39,385 bases of DNA from Candidatus Omnitrophota bacterium (GCA_030695725.1 JAUYPN010000032.1:1-39385); one strand, 5' to 3'; counted from the stretch's first letter, positions 16,199-27,446 are shown. The notes: generated by a model not told the origin, from the letters alone. Program-made: numbers and translations.

Positions 16199-16864
16199 AT
16201 GCAAGCCGTAAAGGGAATCGTGAAAAATTTTCTGAACCTGATCTACCCGCTCCATTGCTTGGGCTGCGAGACTGCGCTCGAGGCTATTAATGAGCTTCGT
16301 CTGTGCGGGCACTGCATAGCCTCCATAAATCGCAACGCGATGCCGCCTTTCGAACTCGACTCCTCTCCGGTCCTCGCGTACTCGGCATGTCTCTATGACA
16401 GCGGACTGAAAGAGCTCGTCCACCGGTTTAAATATAAAGGTAAGACGATCCTCGCTAAGATATTTTCAAAGCTCATGATCGATTATATAAAAGATAACCC
16501 CGAGATCGCGGATGTCGATCTGGTAACGGTCGTCCCCCTGCATAGGGAGCGCCTTAAAGCAAGAGAGTTTAACCAGTCTCTCATGATCGCCAATCCCATA
16601 TCGAAAGAATACTCCCTTATGCTTACAAACACTCTGGAGAAGACGCGTAAGACGCGATATCAAAATGAGCTATTGAAGGGCGAGAGGATTAAGAATCTTA
16701 AGAGCGCTTTCAGGGTTTCGCCCAAGGCGGATATCAAAGATAAAAGGATACTCCTGATAGACGACGTGATGACGACCGGTTCCACGCTCGGAGAATGCGC
16801 GAAGACTCTTTTAAACGGCGGCGCTCGATGCGTGACATGCTTTACACTGGCGCGGGGAATATAA
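16199..16864 (+). CDS. comF: ComF-family protein (phosphoribosyltransferase-like, competence-associated)
   Basis: N-terminal Cys pairs HCLGC...CGHC and the PRT motif ILLIDDVMTTGST. The track ORF starts at 16163 (TTG). ATG at 16199 is preferred. Confidence 0.8.
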   Translation: MQAVKGIVKNFLNLIYPLHCLGCETALEAINELRLCGHCIASINRNAMPPFELDSSPVLAYSACLYDSGLKELVHRFKYKGKTILAKIFSKLMIDYIKDNPEIADVDLVTVVPLHRERLKAREFNQSLMIANPISKEYSLMLTNTLEKTRKTRYQNELLKGERIKNLKSAFRVSPKADIKDKRILLIDDVMTTGSTLGECAKTLLNGGARCVTCFTLARGI

Positions 16865-16865
16865 A

Positions 16866-17957
16866 GTGAAAATAATAGACAGGTACATGATCAGGGGTTT
16901 TTTAAGCTCTTTTCTATGGTGCCTCTTCGTATTTGTTATAATGGCCGTCATCATAGATATATTCTCGTTTATCGATGACATCGTCAAGTACAAGATCCCT
17001 CTGCAATCCGTAATAGCTTTCTATTTTTATTATATCCCCACTATGTTCGTGCAGATCATACCCATGGCGGCATTGCTCTCCACCATATATATGCTGAGTA
17101 ACCTTAATAAGAATAATGAGATCATAGCCATGAAGTCAAGCGGCGTCAGCCTGTGGCGCATACTTACGCCGCTGTTGGTACTGGGATTTTTGATAAGCGC
17201 GTTCACTTTCATGATCAATGACAGGATCATACCGCTTACGTCCAAAGTATCCCAGATGATCCGCCGCGAGGAGCTGGAGAAGTACAAGGCCGGGGATAAA
17301 CAGCTGAAGGTGCTGGAAAATGTCGCGGTATACGGTACGGGCAACAGGATAGTCTTCGCCAGGACCTATGACACCGTGGAGAAGAAATTGAGCGACATCA
17401 TAATCCATGAACACGACGTGGGCGAAAATCTTATATCGAAGATCACGGCAAAAAACGCGATATGGACGGGGTCGGAATGGAAGTTCCTTAAGGTCATAAT
17501 GTATAAGGTGGATAATTCGGGAAAGATGCTATCCTCCCCGGAATTCCACAGCGAAAAGATAATACCGCTGAAAGAGAGGCCCAGGGATTTCGCCAACAAG
17601 GAGTTGAAAGCGGAATTTATGAGCTATAGGGAACTGCTGAGCTACATAGGTAATTTCCGAGGCTCGGATATGAAAATAACCAGAAATCTCCTGGTAGATC
17701 TCCATTACAAGCTGGCATTCCCTTTCATCAGCCTCATCATCATCATGGTGGCGGCCCCCTTCGCCCTGCTGACTATGCGCGGAGGGGTGATGGTAGGCAT
17801 AGGAATGAGTATAGTGATAGGATTGCTCTACTACGCGGTAATAGCTATATCTCTTGCTTTCGGAAAATCCGGCCTACTTCCGCCCGTCATAGCCGCATGG
17901 GCGGGCAACATAATATTTACCGGAATCGGAATATATCTTCTGAACAAGCGGGCTTAG
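16866..17957 (+). CDS. LptF/LptG-family LPS export permease
   Basis: 363 aa. MKIIDRYMIRGFLSSFLWCLFVFVIM... is the YjgP/YjgQ-type N-terminus. The layout is 3 TM + periplasmic domain + 3 TM. GTG start at 16866. Confidence 0.8.
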   Translation: MKIIDRYMIRGFLSSFLWCLFVFVIMAVIIDIFSFIDDIVKYKIPLQSVIAFYFYYIPTMFVQIIPMAALLSTIYMLSNLNKNNEIIAMKSSGVSLWRILTPLLVLGFLISAFTFMINDRIIPLTSKVSQMIRREELEKYKAGDKQLKVLENVAVYGTGNRIVFARTYDTVEKKLSDIIIHEHDVGENLISKITAKNAIWTGSEWKFLKVIMYKVDNSGKMLSSPEFHSEKIIPLKERPRDFANKELKAEFMSYRELLSYIGNFRGSDMKITRNLLVDLHYKLAFPFISLIIIMVAAPFALLTMRGGVMVGIGMSIVIGLLYYAVIAISLAFGKSGLLPPVIAAWAGNIIFTGIGIYLLNKRA

Positions 17958-19282
17958 TCAGCGCCTTCTCCGCTTAATTCTACGTGTTCCGAAGGGCCCC
18001 TCTTCCTCGATATCACCCTCTTTAAGGTCACATGTTTTGAGGTGAGGTCTCTCGTCCCCCTGACATTGAGCTTTTCGAAGAGAAACTCGAACTTCTTCTC
18101 AATCTCCGATGCTATCGCGTCTTTAGCCTCTTTAGGCAAGCTCATTATGTCTTTCTTGAATTGTCCCAACGCCTTCTTCCTGGTAGAGTACAGGAACTGC
18201 TCCTCGGTCTGATCCGCTTTTTTCTCCGAAATCAGAGTCTTCTTCAGCCAATCGTAGATCCTCTCCTTAAGCTCCTTCGGGAAGTGGCTCGACTCATATA
18301 CCATATTCTGGAACTCCGTAGCCAGATGCACTTCGGCCGCGCCAACTTCCGGGAACTTTCCGAACGCCTCAGCCGGCAGGGTCGATGCCCCGTGCTGGAC
18401 CGCTCCCGCCATGCCGTACTCCTCGACCGCTATTTTGGATAGATTCTTCAGAGTATCGAAATCTAGCTTAACCTTCGCTATCGTTCCGTCCGGCAGGACG
18501 ACCCCGCCGTGGGAAGTGCCCGTCTGTATGCTGATCTTGCTTATTCCGGTCCGCCCTTTCCTGAGTTTGCTCTTGAATCCTTCCATGAAGGCTCTCAGGT
18601 CCTCGGGCGTGGAGTTCTGATGGCCGACCTCGCCGATCTCTCCCCCGACTGAAACCTCTATACCCTTAGGCTGATTCTTCCTTATAAAGTTGGTGAGGAT
18701 GGCGCATGCCTCGTAATTATCTTTCTGCTGTTTCTTTATGTTAGATTTCGTCAGATCGACGAGGGTTGATGAATCTATGTCTATGTTGTAGAAACCGGCT
18801 TCCATGGCTTTAGTGATTATCGATCTCAAGGCGTCGAGTTCGATTTGGGGGTTCTCTTTATAATTTTTGGCGTTAACCTGGAAATGGTCGCCCTGCACGA
18901 ATACGGACCCCGTCCATCCTTCCTTGACCGCCGCGGCAAGACAGACGGCCGCATATTCCACCGGCGGCTGGTCCGTATATCCCATTTCCGATTTCGCTAT
19001 TTCAAAAATAAAAGCGCCGGCGTTGTTCTTCTTTGCCACCCTGAAGATCGCCTTGGCAAGGTCGTAAGTCAGCGTCCTTAAGTTTATAGCCGGCGCAGTG
19101 AAAGTCCCGGGGAACTCTCCCTTACCACGGGCCATGTATAATCCGTTTATACTCGAAGAGTATATGCCGTTCTTATAAGCTATGCTGGTTATCTTCTTTG
19201 CCGCTCTGTTCTTCTCGTCCATATCCGCGGCCAGGACCAGGTCCATCACCAGAACATCCATATCGATCGCTCTCCTGCCCAT
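17954..19282 (-). CDS. class II aldolase-family protein (ketose-bisphosphate aldolase-like)
   Basis: Motifs FVQGDHFQV, SHGGV and AVQHGASTLP resemble long-form class II fructose/tagatose-bisphosphate aldolases. ATG at 19282 (AGGAG 8 nt upstream) avoids the overlap with ahcY that the track start at 19324 would create. The family assignment comes from motif recall only. Confidence 0.55.
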   Translation of the reverse strand: MGRRAIDMDVLVMDLVLAADMDEKNRAAKKITSIAYKNGIYSSSINGLYMARGKGEFPGTFTAPAINLRTLTYDLAKAIFRVAKKNNAGAFIFEIAKSEMGYTDQPPVEYAAVCLAAAVKEGWTGSVFVQGDHFQVNAKNYKENPQIELDALRSIITKAMEAGFYNIDIDSSTLVDLTKSNIKKQQKDNYEACAILTNFIRKNQPKGIEVSVGGEIGEVGHQNSTPEDLRAFMEGFKSKLRKGRTGISKISIQTGTSHGGVVLPDGTIAKVKLDFDTLKNLSKIAVEEYGMAGAVQHGASTLPAEAFGKFPEVGAAEVHLATEFQNMVYESSHFPKELKERIYDWLKKTLISEKKADQTEEQFLYSTRKKALGQFKKDIMSLPKEAKDAIASEIEKKFEFLFEKLNVRGTRDLTSKHVTLKRVISRKRGPSEHVELSGEGAD

Positions 19283-19305
19283 CGCAATGACTCCTTCTTT
19301 AAAAT

Positions 19306-20562
19306 TTACGTTCCTATTTCCCAACTATCCAGATATTCTTTTTGTTCTTTAGTCAGCATATCTATCTTTAGACCTAAAGATCCCAATTTTAATTTCGCGA
19401 TCCTTTTGTCCAGAAGATCAGGCACTTTATAAACCTTTTTCTCCAGCTTCTTATAATTTTTAGCCATATATTCGCACGAGAGCGCCTGGTTCGCGAAGCT
19501 CATATCCATGACGCTCGCCGGATGGCCTTCCGCCGCGGCCAGGTTGATGAGCCTTCCGGCGCCCAAAAGGTTTACGCGCTTGCCTCCCTTTAGCGTGTAC
19601 TCTTCCACAAATTCCCGAACCACTCTCTTCTTTACCGACATCTTCTCGAGGCCGGTAATATCAATCTCAACATTGAAGTGCCCGGAATTCGCTACTATAG
19701 CTCCGTCCTTCATAACCTCAAAATGTTCTTTTCGTATTACATTTATATCGCCGGTGAGAGTGACGAATACGTCCCCTTTTCTTGCCGCCTCTTTGATAGG
19801 CATCACGCTGTAGCCGTCCATAACTGCCTCAAGAGCCTTCAAAGGATCGACCTCTATTATTATCACATTCGCGCCCATGCCTCTGGCGCGCATCGCCACT
19901 CCCCTGCCGCACCATCCGTAGCCGCATACGACAAAGCTGGATCCGCAAATAAGGACATTCGTTGCTCTTATGATACCGTCCAGAGTAGACTGGCCGGTGC
20001 CGTATCTGTTATCGAACAGGTGTTTTGTGGAGGCATCGTTAACGGCGATTATCGGGTACATGAGAAGCCCCTGCCTCTCGAGGCTCCTTAATCTTATCAC
20101 GCCGGTAGTCGTCTCCTCGGTCCCGCCTATTATGTTTTTGGCAAGATGTTTTTTGGTCTTATGTATCATAGATACGAGATCCGCGCCGTCGTCCATAGTG
20201 ACATGCACATTCGCTTCCAGGACGCTCTCGATATGTTTGTAGTACGTCTTGTTGTCTTCTCCTTTGATAGCGAACGTTGGTATTCCCATATCCTTGACCA
20301 TGGAGGCCGCCACGTCATCCTGGGTGCTCAGAGGATTGGACGCGCATACGAATACGTTGGCGCCGCCTTCCTTCAATGTAAGGGCCAGGTTGGCCGTCTC
20401 TGTCGTCACGTGCAGGCAGCACGCCACGTTCAATCCCTTTAACGGCTTCTCCGTCTTAAAGTGTTTGCGAATGAGTTGAAGCACTTTCATATATTCGTTC
20501 GCCCACTCTATGCGCAGCTTGCCTTTTTTCGCCAGCTTTAAATCCTTAACATCGTACTTCAT
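19306..20562 (-). CDS. ahcY: adenosylhomocysteinase
   Basis: [21 protein letters not shown]..., the NAD-binding stretch [20 protein letters not shown], and HFNVEID. ATG at 20562 follows GGAG. The track's 33-aa N-terminal extension is Arg-rich and overlaps the metK 3' region. Confidence 0.9.
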   Translation of the reverse strand: MKYDVKDLKLAKKGKLRIEWANEYMKVLQLIRKHFKTEKPLKGLNVACCLHVTTETANLALTLKEGGANVFVCASNPLSTQDDVAASMVKDMGIPTFAIKGEDNKTYYKHIESVLEANVHVTMDDGADLVSMIHKTKKHLAKNIIGGTEETTTGVIRLRSLERQGLLMYPIIAVNDASTKHLFDNRYGTGQSTLDGIIRATNVLICGSSFVVCGYGWCGRGVAMRARGMGANVIIIEVDPLKALEAVMDGYSVMPIKEAARKGDVFVTLTGDINVIRKEHFEVMKDGAIVANSGHFNVEIDITGLEKMSVKKRVVREFVEEYTLKGGKRVNLLGAGRLINLAAAEGHPASVMDMSFANQALSCEYMAKNYKKLEKKVYKVPDLLDKRIAKLKLGSLGLKIDMLTKEQKEYLDSWEIGT

Positions 20563-20587
20563 CGTATTCTCCACTTTTAGCTTTAAG

Positions 20588-21760
20588 CTATTTAATGTAT
20601 TTTCCCAGATCTTTCGCCTGGTCCGTCTTCTCCCACGTAAACCCTTCTTCGTTCCTGCCAAAATGGCCGTAGGCCGCGGTCTTCTGGAACCTTTCGCCGT
20701 CCGATTCGCGCAATTTCAGTTCAGCTATGATGCCGTGCGGAGTAAGCTCAAAGTGGTCCCTTATTATCTTTATGAGCTTGTCATCCGAAACTTTTCCCGT
20801 GCCGTATGTATTCACCATTATAGAGACAGGATCGGCGACACCTATAGCGTAGGCAAGCTGCACCATCAATTTATCCGCAAGGCCCGCTTTTACAGTATTC
20901 TTGGCAATATATCGGCCCATGTAGGCGGCAGACCTGTCAACTTTCGTGGCATCTTTACCCGAGAAGGCACCCCCGCCATGCGGGACCGTCCCGCCGTATG
21001 TATCCACTATTATCTTCCTGCCTGTCATGCCAGTATCCGACTGTGGGCCGCCTATGACGAATTTGCCCGTGGCATTTATCAAAAACTTCGTCTCTTTGTC
21101 GATCCAGCCCTTCAATACCGGCTTGGCCACTTTCTCTATTATCTCTCTTCTGGCCTCCTCGCAAAGCATATCCTTTTTCTTGTCCAGAACATCCTCCGTG
21201 TGCTGGCTGGCCAATATCACGGTAGTGACCCTTTTGGGTTTTCCGTCATGATACTCTACGGTGACCTGAGATTTCCCATCGGGCCCGAGGTACTTTAGAA
21301 CGTTCTTCTTCCTGACCTCAGCCAGTTTGCGGGAAAGCTGATGAGCCAGCATTATGGGCAGCGGCATCAATTCCGGCGTCTCGCGGCACGCATATCCCAT
21401 CATCATGCCCTGGTCCCCGGCGCCGCCCGAATCAACGCCCTTGGCTATATCTGGCGACTGAGTATGTATCGCGTTCAATATGGCGCATGTATGGTAATCG
21501 AACCCATATTTGGGATGCGTGTAGCCTATCCTCCTTAAGAGATCCCTGCACAGGCTGTGCATATCGACATACGCGGTCGTCGTCAGCTCTCCGCCTATTA
21601 TGAGCAATCCCATCGTCACATATGTTTCACAGGCGACCCTGCCCGCGGGATCCTGCTTCAACACGCTGTCAAGCACCGCATCGGATACCTGATCGCAAAC
21701 TTTATCGGGGTGACCCTCTGTCACGCTCTCCGAGGTAAAGAGATATTTATGCATCGACAT
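20588..21760 (-). CDS. metK: S-adenosylmethionine synthetase
   Basis: [28 protein letters not shown] and the TAAYGHFGR end are canonical MetK motifs. Confidence 0.95.
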   Translation of the reverse strand: MSMHKYLFTSESVTEGHPDKVCDQVSDAVLDSVLKQDPAGRVACETYVTMGLLIIGGELTTTAYVDMHSLCRDLLRRIGYTHPKYGFDYHTCAILNAIHTQSPDIAKGVDSGGAGDQGMMMGYACRETPELMPLPIMLAHQLSRKLAEVRKKNVLKYLGPDGKSQVTVEYHDGKPKRVTTVILASQHTEDVLDKKKDMLCEEARREIIEKVAKPVLKGWIDKETKFLINATGKFVIGGPQSDTGMTGRKIIVDTYGGTVPHGGGAFSGKDATKVDRSAAYMGRYIAKNTVKAGLADKLMVQLAYAIGVADPVSIMVNTYGTGKVSDDKLIKIIRDHFELTPHGIIAELKLRESDGERFQKTAAYGHFGRNEEGFTWEKTDQAKDLGKYIK

Positions 21761-21764
21761 GCCT

Positions 21765-22514
21765 CTACTCCTCCTTCTTTTTGTACTCTTCGTCCGCTCT
21801 CTTGTACGATTCCAGATCGCCTATATCATACCATTTTTCAGAGAACGGAAAACCATAAACCTTATCGTTGACGCTCAACCATCTTATGTAGTAACCGGGC
21901 GCGTCGAGCTTTGCGCCCTCCAGATCGACATATTCGCCGAGACCGGGCACCTTCTTCTTCGGGAAAAAATATATCCCCGTAGATATCAGAGTGGAGTTAG
22001 GGCTTTGAGGCTTCTCTTCGAAATCCGTCACAAGGCCGTTCTTGTCAATGCGGACCACGCCGAACTTCTTCGCCGCCTCGATGCTTCCGACATCATATAA
22101 GGCCACAGAGACGCCGTCATTGTGGCCTTTAGCGAACTTTAAGAATGCCGTCAGGTCGAGATCGAACAGGTTATCTCCGGCTATGACGAGCAGATCGTCG
22201 TCTATCGAGCCCTCTCTTACGGCAAGATCCATGTCGCGTATTGCGCCGAGCCTCGAGTCGTTGGTCATAGTGCCGTCGTCGATTAAGAAGATCCTTGACG
22301 TATCCTTGCGCGCGCTCTTCCACTCTACAAAATTCCGGAAAAACTTATGGTTCGACACCACATGTACGGCATCTACGTTCTTTAAGGAAGCCGTCTTGGC
22401 AAGTATTCTGTCTATTATCGGCACGCCGCCTACAGACAGAAGGGGTTTTGGCGTGTTCGAGGTGAGAGGCTGCAATCTAACCGCATATCCCGCCGCTAAT
22501 ACTAATAACTTCAT
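21765..22514 (-). CDS. sugar-phosphate nucleotidyltransferase
   Basis: [26 protein letters not shown] is the G-x-G-t-R-L NTP-transferase N-terminal motif. 249 aa. Confidence 0.75.
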   Translation of the reverse strand: MKLLVLAAGYAVRLQPLTSNTPKPLLSVGGVPIIDRILAKTASLKNVDAVHVVSNHKFFRNFVEWKSARKDTSRIFLIDDGTMTNDSRLGAIRDMDLAVREGSIDDDLLVIAGDNLFDLDLTAFLKFAKGHNDGVSVALYDVGSIEAAKKFGVVRIDKNGLVTDFEEKPQSPNSTLISTGIYFFPKKKVPGLGEYVDLEGAKLDAPGYYIRWLSVNDKVYGFPFSEKWYDIGDLESYKRADEEYKKKEE

Positions 22515-23581
22515 GTCTTAGCCAGCTCCTTTTTGAGATACGTTATCTTCTCTACGGGCGTAGGGTCTATGCCGTTCAATATCGCCAGATAGAAACTTAC
22601 GAAGTCTCCGATGTAAACAAGCGAGAAGATCCTGGCGAGGAGCTCTTTTCCCGAAGAAGAGACCTCCAGAACTTTCACTTCATTCTTCTTAAGAATATTT
22701 TTTGTCACATCCATCCTTTTGGATATCCTCGGATGGTCGGCGGCATCTCTTAAGATCACGGCAACGCAATCCTTCAGCACTTTTTTGGGGTTCTCCCACC
22801 CGACTATTTCGTTATGATTCATCTCCGGAAAGAGGTGCCCGGATGAGAGCGTCTTGGAATTTTCCGCAAGCTGCCCTCTCCATCTGGTCACAACGGCATC
22901 GGTGTGATCGGAACTTGCGTAGATCACTGGAAGCCTGCCAAAGATCTCCGCGGCTATCTTTTTCGCGGGATTGTCCTTGTGTGAAACTTTGTATCCTATT
23001 CTGGAGTCTTTCAATTTCCTTAAATTATGTATAGCGTCATCTATCGACCCGACCTGGTCCTTTACGATGCCTATCTTGGCCAATATCGCCAGGAGCGGAA
23101 AGAATGAGTACCCTAACGCGCACCTGGGCGGGAAGCCTTCGGGTATCGTCAGGCACGGAAGGCCGTCCTCTTCGGCCGCTTTCTCAAGTTTGCCGCCCGA
23201 GGTGACGGCTATTATACTGGAGCCTCTCGATACGGCTTCGCGATAGGCGCTCAAGGTCTCTTCGGTGTCACCGGAGTAACTCGACACTATGACAAGGGTA
23301 TCTTCGGTGACGAAATTAGGAAGGCCGTAGTTCCTGTTGACCGATACCGGGACTTGAGCGTCTTGGGCTATGTAGGATCTCACAAGATCCGCCCCTATAG
23401 CCGAGCCTCCGAGGCCCGTACAGACTATATTTTTGTAGGAACGCTTAAACTCCTGAGGCAGCTCGAATCCATCGCCTATGCGCTGGGCGTCCTGACACTG
23501 CTCGGGAAAAGATTCGATGAGCTCGAGCATGCTCGACTCATCGCACTTCTCTATTTTCTTGAAACTATCCAATTCTATCAT
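22511..23581 (-). CDS. bifunctional phosphoglucose/phosphomannose isomerase (SIS domains)
   Basis: 356 aa with CTGLGGSAIGADL and VIVSSYSGDTEETL SIS motifs. A 4-nt overlap links it to the nucleotidyltransferase gene. Confidence 0.75.
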   Translation of the reverse strand: MIELDSFKKIEKCDESSMLELIESFPEQCQDAQRIGDGFELPQEFKRSYKNIVCTGLGGSAIGADLVRSYIAQDAQVPVSVNRNYGLPNFVTEDTLVIVSSYSGDTEETLSAYREAVSRGSSIIAVTSGGKLEKAAEEDGLPCLTIPEGFPPRCALGYSFFPLLAILAKIGIVKDQVGSIDDAIHNLRKLKDSRIGYKVSHKDNPAKKIAAEIFGRLPVIYASSDHTDAVVTRWRGQLAENSKTLSSGHLFPEMNHNEIVGWENPKKVLKDCVAVILRDAADHPRISKRMDVTKNILKKNEVKVLEVSSSGKELLARIFSLVYIGDFVSFYLAILNGIDPTPVEKITYLKKELAKT

Positions 23582-23585
23582 CAGC

Positions 23586-25352
23586 TTATTCTATCTCTAT
23601 AGCGAGATCCGGAATTATCTCTTTGAGCTTTCTTCTGGCAAATTTCTCTATCTCCTTACCGGTAGAGAGCGTAAGGGCCTGCTGGGCGACCTCTTTTGCC
23701 TGCTCCATGCTGACCGATCTTATTATCCTCTTGACCTCCGGGATCGCGATCGGCGATGTGGAGAATTCGTCGAGGCCGAGCCCTAAAAGTATGAGGGTCA
23801 TCACTATGTCCCCGGACATCTCCCCGCATAGGCCGACCCATATTCCCGCCCTATGGCCGGCCTCTATCACGTTCTTTATCAGAAGCAGTACCGCGGGGTG
23901 CGCCGGCTCGTATAGATAGGCTATCTTCTCATTTACCCTATCGACAGCCAGAGAGTACTGGATAAGGTCGTTCGTTCCTATGGAAAAGAAGTCGGCTTCC
24001 CTGGCCAGAATATCGGCCGTCAATGCCGCCGATGGGACTTCTATCATGGCGCCTACTTCCATATTTTCGTCGAACGATATGCCCTCTTTTCTCAGGTCTT
24101 TCTTTGTCTCTTCTAATATGGCATTGGCCTGTTTCAGCTCCTCGATGCCCGATATCATCGGATACATCATCTTCAGCTTCCCGAAAGCGGAGGCTCTCAA
24201 TATGGCGCGCAGCTGTGTCTTGAATATGTCCGGCCTTGCCAGGCAAAATCTTATGGCGCGCCATCCCATAAAAGGATTCATCTCCTGCGGGATCTCAAGC
24301 TGCGACAGAAATTTATCCCCGCCCAGATCGAGCGTCCTTATGACCACGGTATAAGGCCTGATCTTCCTGGCGACCACCGAATACTCCTTGAACTGCTCCT
24401 CTTCGGTCGGCAGGTCTTTGCGGTTCATGTAAAAGTATTCTGTCCTGTACAATCCTATCCCCTCGGCGCCGTGGGCGATAACGGAGGCGACGTCTTCCTG
24501 CAATTCTATGTTTGCCATCAGCCCTATCTTCCTGCCGTCTAAGGTCTCGCACGGAAGGCCCTTCATCTCCAGAAGGGTCTTTCCGAAAGCCACTAATTTT
24601 TTGCGGCTCGATTCGTAATGCTTAAGCGTCGCCGGCGTCGGATTCAGCACCACCACGCCGTGAGTTCCGTCGACTATCACGGTATCGCCGTTTTGAACTT
24701 CTTTGGTGACCGTCTCCAAGCCCACGACCGCCGGTATCTCCAAAGACTTGGCCATGATGGCGGTGTGTGAAGTGCGGCTCCCTATGTCTGTAGCAAAGCC
24801 TATGACATTTTTTTTGTGCATAGTGGCCGTGTCGGAGGGTGAAAGATCATAAGAGATCACCACGGCCTTGTCCTTTAGCGTGGAGAGCGCGTCTTCTCTT
24901 GCGCCGATGAGGTTCTTCAATATCCTCTTACCTATGTCATTAATATCGCTTATCCGCTCTTTTAAGTATTCATCGTCCATCTCCGAGAATACCTTTATAT
25001 ATTTCTTCAATACATCCTGGAATGTGTATTCTGCGGAAAGCTTGTCCTTCTTTATCTTGGATACAACCTCTTCTATAAGCATGCTGTCTTCTATGACTAA
25101 GAGGTGCGCGCTGAATATCTGGCCGTGCTCCGCGGAGAGTTCCTCGGATATGCGCTTCTTTATCTCCATAACCTCCTGCTTCGTCTGGATAAGCGCGTCC
25201 TTGAAATGCTTTATCTCGTTAGCGATCTGATCGTCCTTTAGCGGGCGTTTAGGTATCACATACTGCTCTCTGTCAAGAAGCAGCACTCTACCCGTAACTA
25301 TTCCGGGAGCGGCCGGTATACCTCTTAAGACAAGCTCTTTACCTTTAGTCAT
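23586..25352 (-). CDS. ptsI: phosphoenolpyruvate-protein phosphotransferase (PTS enzyme I)
   Basis: 588 aa. GSRTSHTAIMA is the active-site His region. GIGLYRTEY and SIGTNDLIQY are also present. Confidence 0.9.
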   Translation of the reverse strand: MTKGKELVLRGIPAAPGIVTGRVLLLDREQYVIPKRPLKDDQIANEIKHFKDALIQTKQEVMEIKKRISEELSAEHGQIFSAHLLVIEDSMLIEEVVSKIKKDKLSAEYTFQDVLKKYIKVFSEMDDEYLKERISDINDIGKRILKNLIGAREDALSTLKDKAVVISYDLSPSDTATMHKKNVIGFATDIGSRTSHTAIMAKSLEIPAVVGLETVTKEVQNGDTVIVDGTHGVVVLNPTPATLKHYESSRKKLVAFGKTLLEMKGLPCETLDGRKIGLMANIELQEDVASVIAHGAEGIGLYRTEYFYMNRKDLPTEEEQFKEYSVVARKIRPYTVVIRTLDLGGDKFLSQLEIPQEMNPFMGWRAIRFCLARPDIFKTQLRAILRASAFGKLKMMYPMISGIEELKQANAILEETKKDLRKEGISFDENMEVGAMIEVPSAALTADILAREADFFSIGTNDLIQYSLAVDRVNEKIAYLYEPAHPAVLLLIKNVIEAGHRAGIWVGLCGEMSGDIVMTLILLGLGLDEFSTSPIAIPEVKRIIRSVSMEQAKEVAQQALTLSTGKEIEKFARRKLKEIIPDLAIEIE

Positions 25353-25425
25353 GGTTCGACTCCTTCCAGTCGCTCACCATGACCCCGAGCAAAGCCGCCT
25401 ATAACGAGATGGCTGCGTCGAGGGG

Positions 25426-25713
25426 TCATTTTATGATATCCTCGATATCGCTTGAGAGAAGGTTCTCCAACTCCGTAATGGCCTGCTGGGCGTCTTCGCC
25501 TTTCGTAGTGATGGTGACCCTGGACCCCCTGCCCGCCTCCAGCATCATTATACCCATTATGGATTTACCGTTAACTTTTGCCTTACCCTTGGAAACTATA
25601 ACATCGGAATCGAACTTATTCGCGATCTGGACAAATAACGCCGCCGGCCGGGCATGCAGTCCCTGCTTATTTTTTATTATTACGGTCTTCTCTACTATTA
25701 TGACTTCTTTCAT
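25426..25713 (-). CDS. ptsH: phosphocarrier protein HPr
   Basis: GLHARPAA (His15 region) and GKSIMGIMML (Ser46 region). 95 aa. Confidence 0.9.
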   Translation of the reverse strand: MKEVIIVEKTVIIKNKQGLHARPAALFVQIANKFDSDVIVSKGKAKVNGKSIMGIMMLEAGRGSRVTITTKGEDAQQAITELENLLSSDIEDIIK

Positions 25714-25714
25714 C

Positions 25715-26962
25715 CTAAGTTTTGGCTTTCTTTAAGCTTCCTATAAGGTCCACCGCGATCTTTGCGAGCTTTCCGGCGTCATGCCTCACGTAGTCCTTAG
25801 TGGTGATTATATGCGCTTCTATAACTTTGCATTTCATCTTCTTTATATTCTCCGAGTCGGCCGCGACAGGACTGGCGCCTTCGGTCTTGTATCTCTCGAC
25901 CATACTATCCGGTATCTTCGCGGTGTTCACGACACAGTAGTCGACTATCCCTTGAGAGGTATGCTTCACTATGGCTTCCAGATGGTCGCTCGCCTTATAA
26001 CCGTCGGTCTCGCCTTTCTGGGTCATCACGTTGCAGACATACATCTTTACGGCCCTGGACGCGATTATCTCCTTATAGATCTTTTCCACAAGGAGGTTCG
26101 GTATTATGCTCGTGTACAGGCTTCCCGGTCCCAGTATTATTCCGTCGGCCTTCTTTATCGCCTCGATGGCTTCGCTTGTGGGCCTTGAGCCCGCGGGCCT
26201 TAAAAGGATCCTTTTTATCGGCTTCTGGGCCTTCGGTATCTGGCTCTCCCCCACGCTCTCCGTCCCGTCGTCATGCTGGGCGACGAGCGTAACTTTATTG
26301 AGCGTGGACGGCACGACGCTCCCTCTTATAGCAAGGACTTTGCTCGATTCTTTTATGGCCGCGTCAAACCCGCCTGCGACTTTCGACATCGCCGTAATGA
26401 AGAGGTTGCCGAAATTATGCCCCTTTAGCTCCGTCCCCTCTCCGAACCTGAACTGGAAGAGCTTAGCCATCAGCGGCTCGGCATCCGCCAGCGCCACAAG
26501 GCAATTTCTTATATCGCCGGGCGGCAGCATATCGAAATCCTGCCTCAGGCGCCCGCTCGATCCGCCGTCATCCGCCACGGTAACTACGGCGGTTATATTG
26601 CTCGTATACTCCTTTAAACCGTGCAGAAGCATCGAAAGGCCCGTTCCGCCTCCCACCACCACCATTTTGGGCCCTCTCTCCAATATAAGCTTGTTGTACA
26701 CCTTGTCCACAAGATCCCCTTCCCTTGAGGGAAGGAGTATTGTGACGAAAGATTTTATTATGCGCTTTATCCCCGTGACGATAGCAAGTATGCCCGCTAT
26801 TATTATCATCGCGGCGAAAGTCTTGTTTTTAGAGGCGTTCTCCGATATCACCATGACGAATCCCATCGAGACCATGATCACGCCAAAGACGGCTAAGAAA
26901 CTCCATCTCTTGACTCTCATGCCGGGATAAAGCCACTTAAAAGCTTTTAGTATTTTTAGCAT
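25715..26962 (-). CDS. yvcK: YvcK/CofD-family (gluconeogenesis factor) protein with N-terminal membrane segment
   Basis: VVVGGGTGLSMLLHGLK and the GPGSLYTSIIPNLL motifs. Two N-terminal hydrophobic helices. Confidence 0.8.
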   Translation of the reverse strand: MLKILKAFKWLYPGMRVKRWSFLAVFGVIMVSMGFVMVISENASKNKTFAAMIIIAGILAIVTGIKRIIKSFVTILLPSREGDLVDKVYNKLILERGPKMVVVGGGTGLSMLLHGLKEYTSNITAVVTVADDGGSSGRLRQDFDMLPPGDIRNCLVALADAEPLMAKLFQFRFGEGTELKGHNFGNLFITAMSKVAGGFDAAIKESSKVLAIRGSVVPSTLNKVTLVAQHDDGTESVGESQIPKAQKPIKRILLRPAGSRPTSEAIEAIKKADGIILGPGSLYTSIIPNLLVEKIYKEIIASRAVKMYVCNVMTQKGETDGYKASDHLEAIVKHTSQGIVDYCVVNTAKIPDSMVERYKTEGASPVAADSENIKKMKCKVIEAHIITTKDYVRHDAGKLAKIAVDLIGSLKKAKT

Positions 26963-26981
26963 TTTGGATCGACTCTGCGCG

Positions 26982-27446
26982 TTAGTACTTCTTGGAATCT
27001 TCGTCCTGGATTATTCTCAGGATCTCACTCTCGTCTTTAGCTTTTCTGAGGAGCTCTCTGAAATATTTGTCCTTGAGCATGCGGGATATCCTGGCAAGCG
27101 CCTTGAGGTGAGGGCCTGCGGATTCTTCCGGGGCTATAAGGAGGAAGAATATATGGACCAGCTCGCCGTCAAGGGAATCAAAGTTTACGCCTTCCTTTGA
27201 AAGCCCAAATGCGGCCACCAGCTCTTTGGCCGCCTGGCTTTTGGCATGCGGGATACCCACGCCCTGTCCTATACCGGTTGAGCCCAACGATTCCCTTGCA
27301 AGAACAGCGCTGATAAGCTCTTCCTTGTTCTTCATGCCGGTGGCGCCGGCGAGAAGATCCGCAAGCTCGCGTATCACGCCTTCTTTATCGGTGGCTTTGA
27401 TGTCCATCGATATGGCCTTCTTGTTCAAAAAATCCATAATCTTCAT
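26982..27446 (-). CDS. ptsN: PTS EIIA(Ntr)-type regulatory protein
   Basis: 154 aa. GIGQGVGIPHAK is the EIIA type-2 phosphorylation-site His region. Confidence 0.75.
   Translation of the reverse strand: MKIMDFLNKKAISMDIKATDKEGVIRELADLLAGATGMKNKEELISAVLARESLGSTGIGQGVGIPHAKSQAAKELVAAFGLSKEGVNFDSLDGELVHIFFLLIAPEESAGPHLKALARISRMLKDKYFRELLRKAKDESEILRIIQDEDSKKY

Noticed and set aside
20510-21298. 262-aa plus-strand ORF
   Set aside because: It is antisense to metK and the ahcY start. Both of those genes have canonical motifs throughout.
25353-25425. TGACCCC...GGGGTCA pairing between ptsH and ptsI as an attenuator
   Set aside because: The stem is 7 bp with a ~35-nt loop and no U-tract, which is too weak to call from sequence alone.
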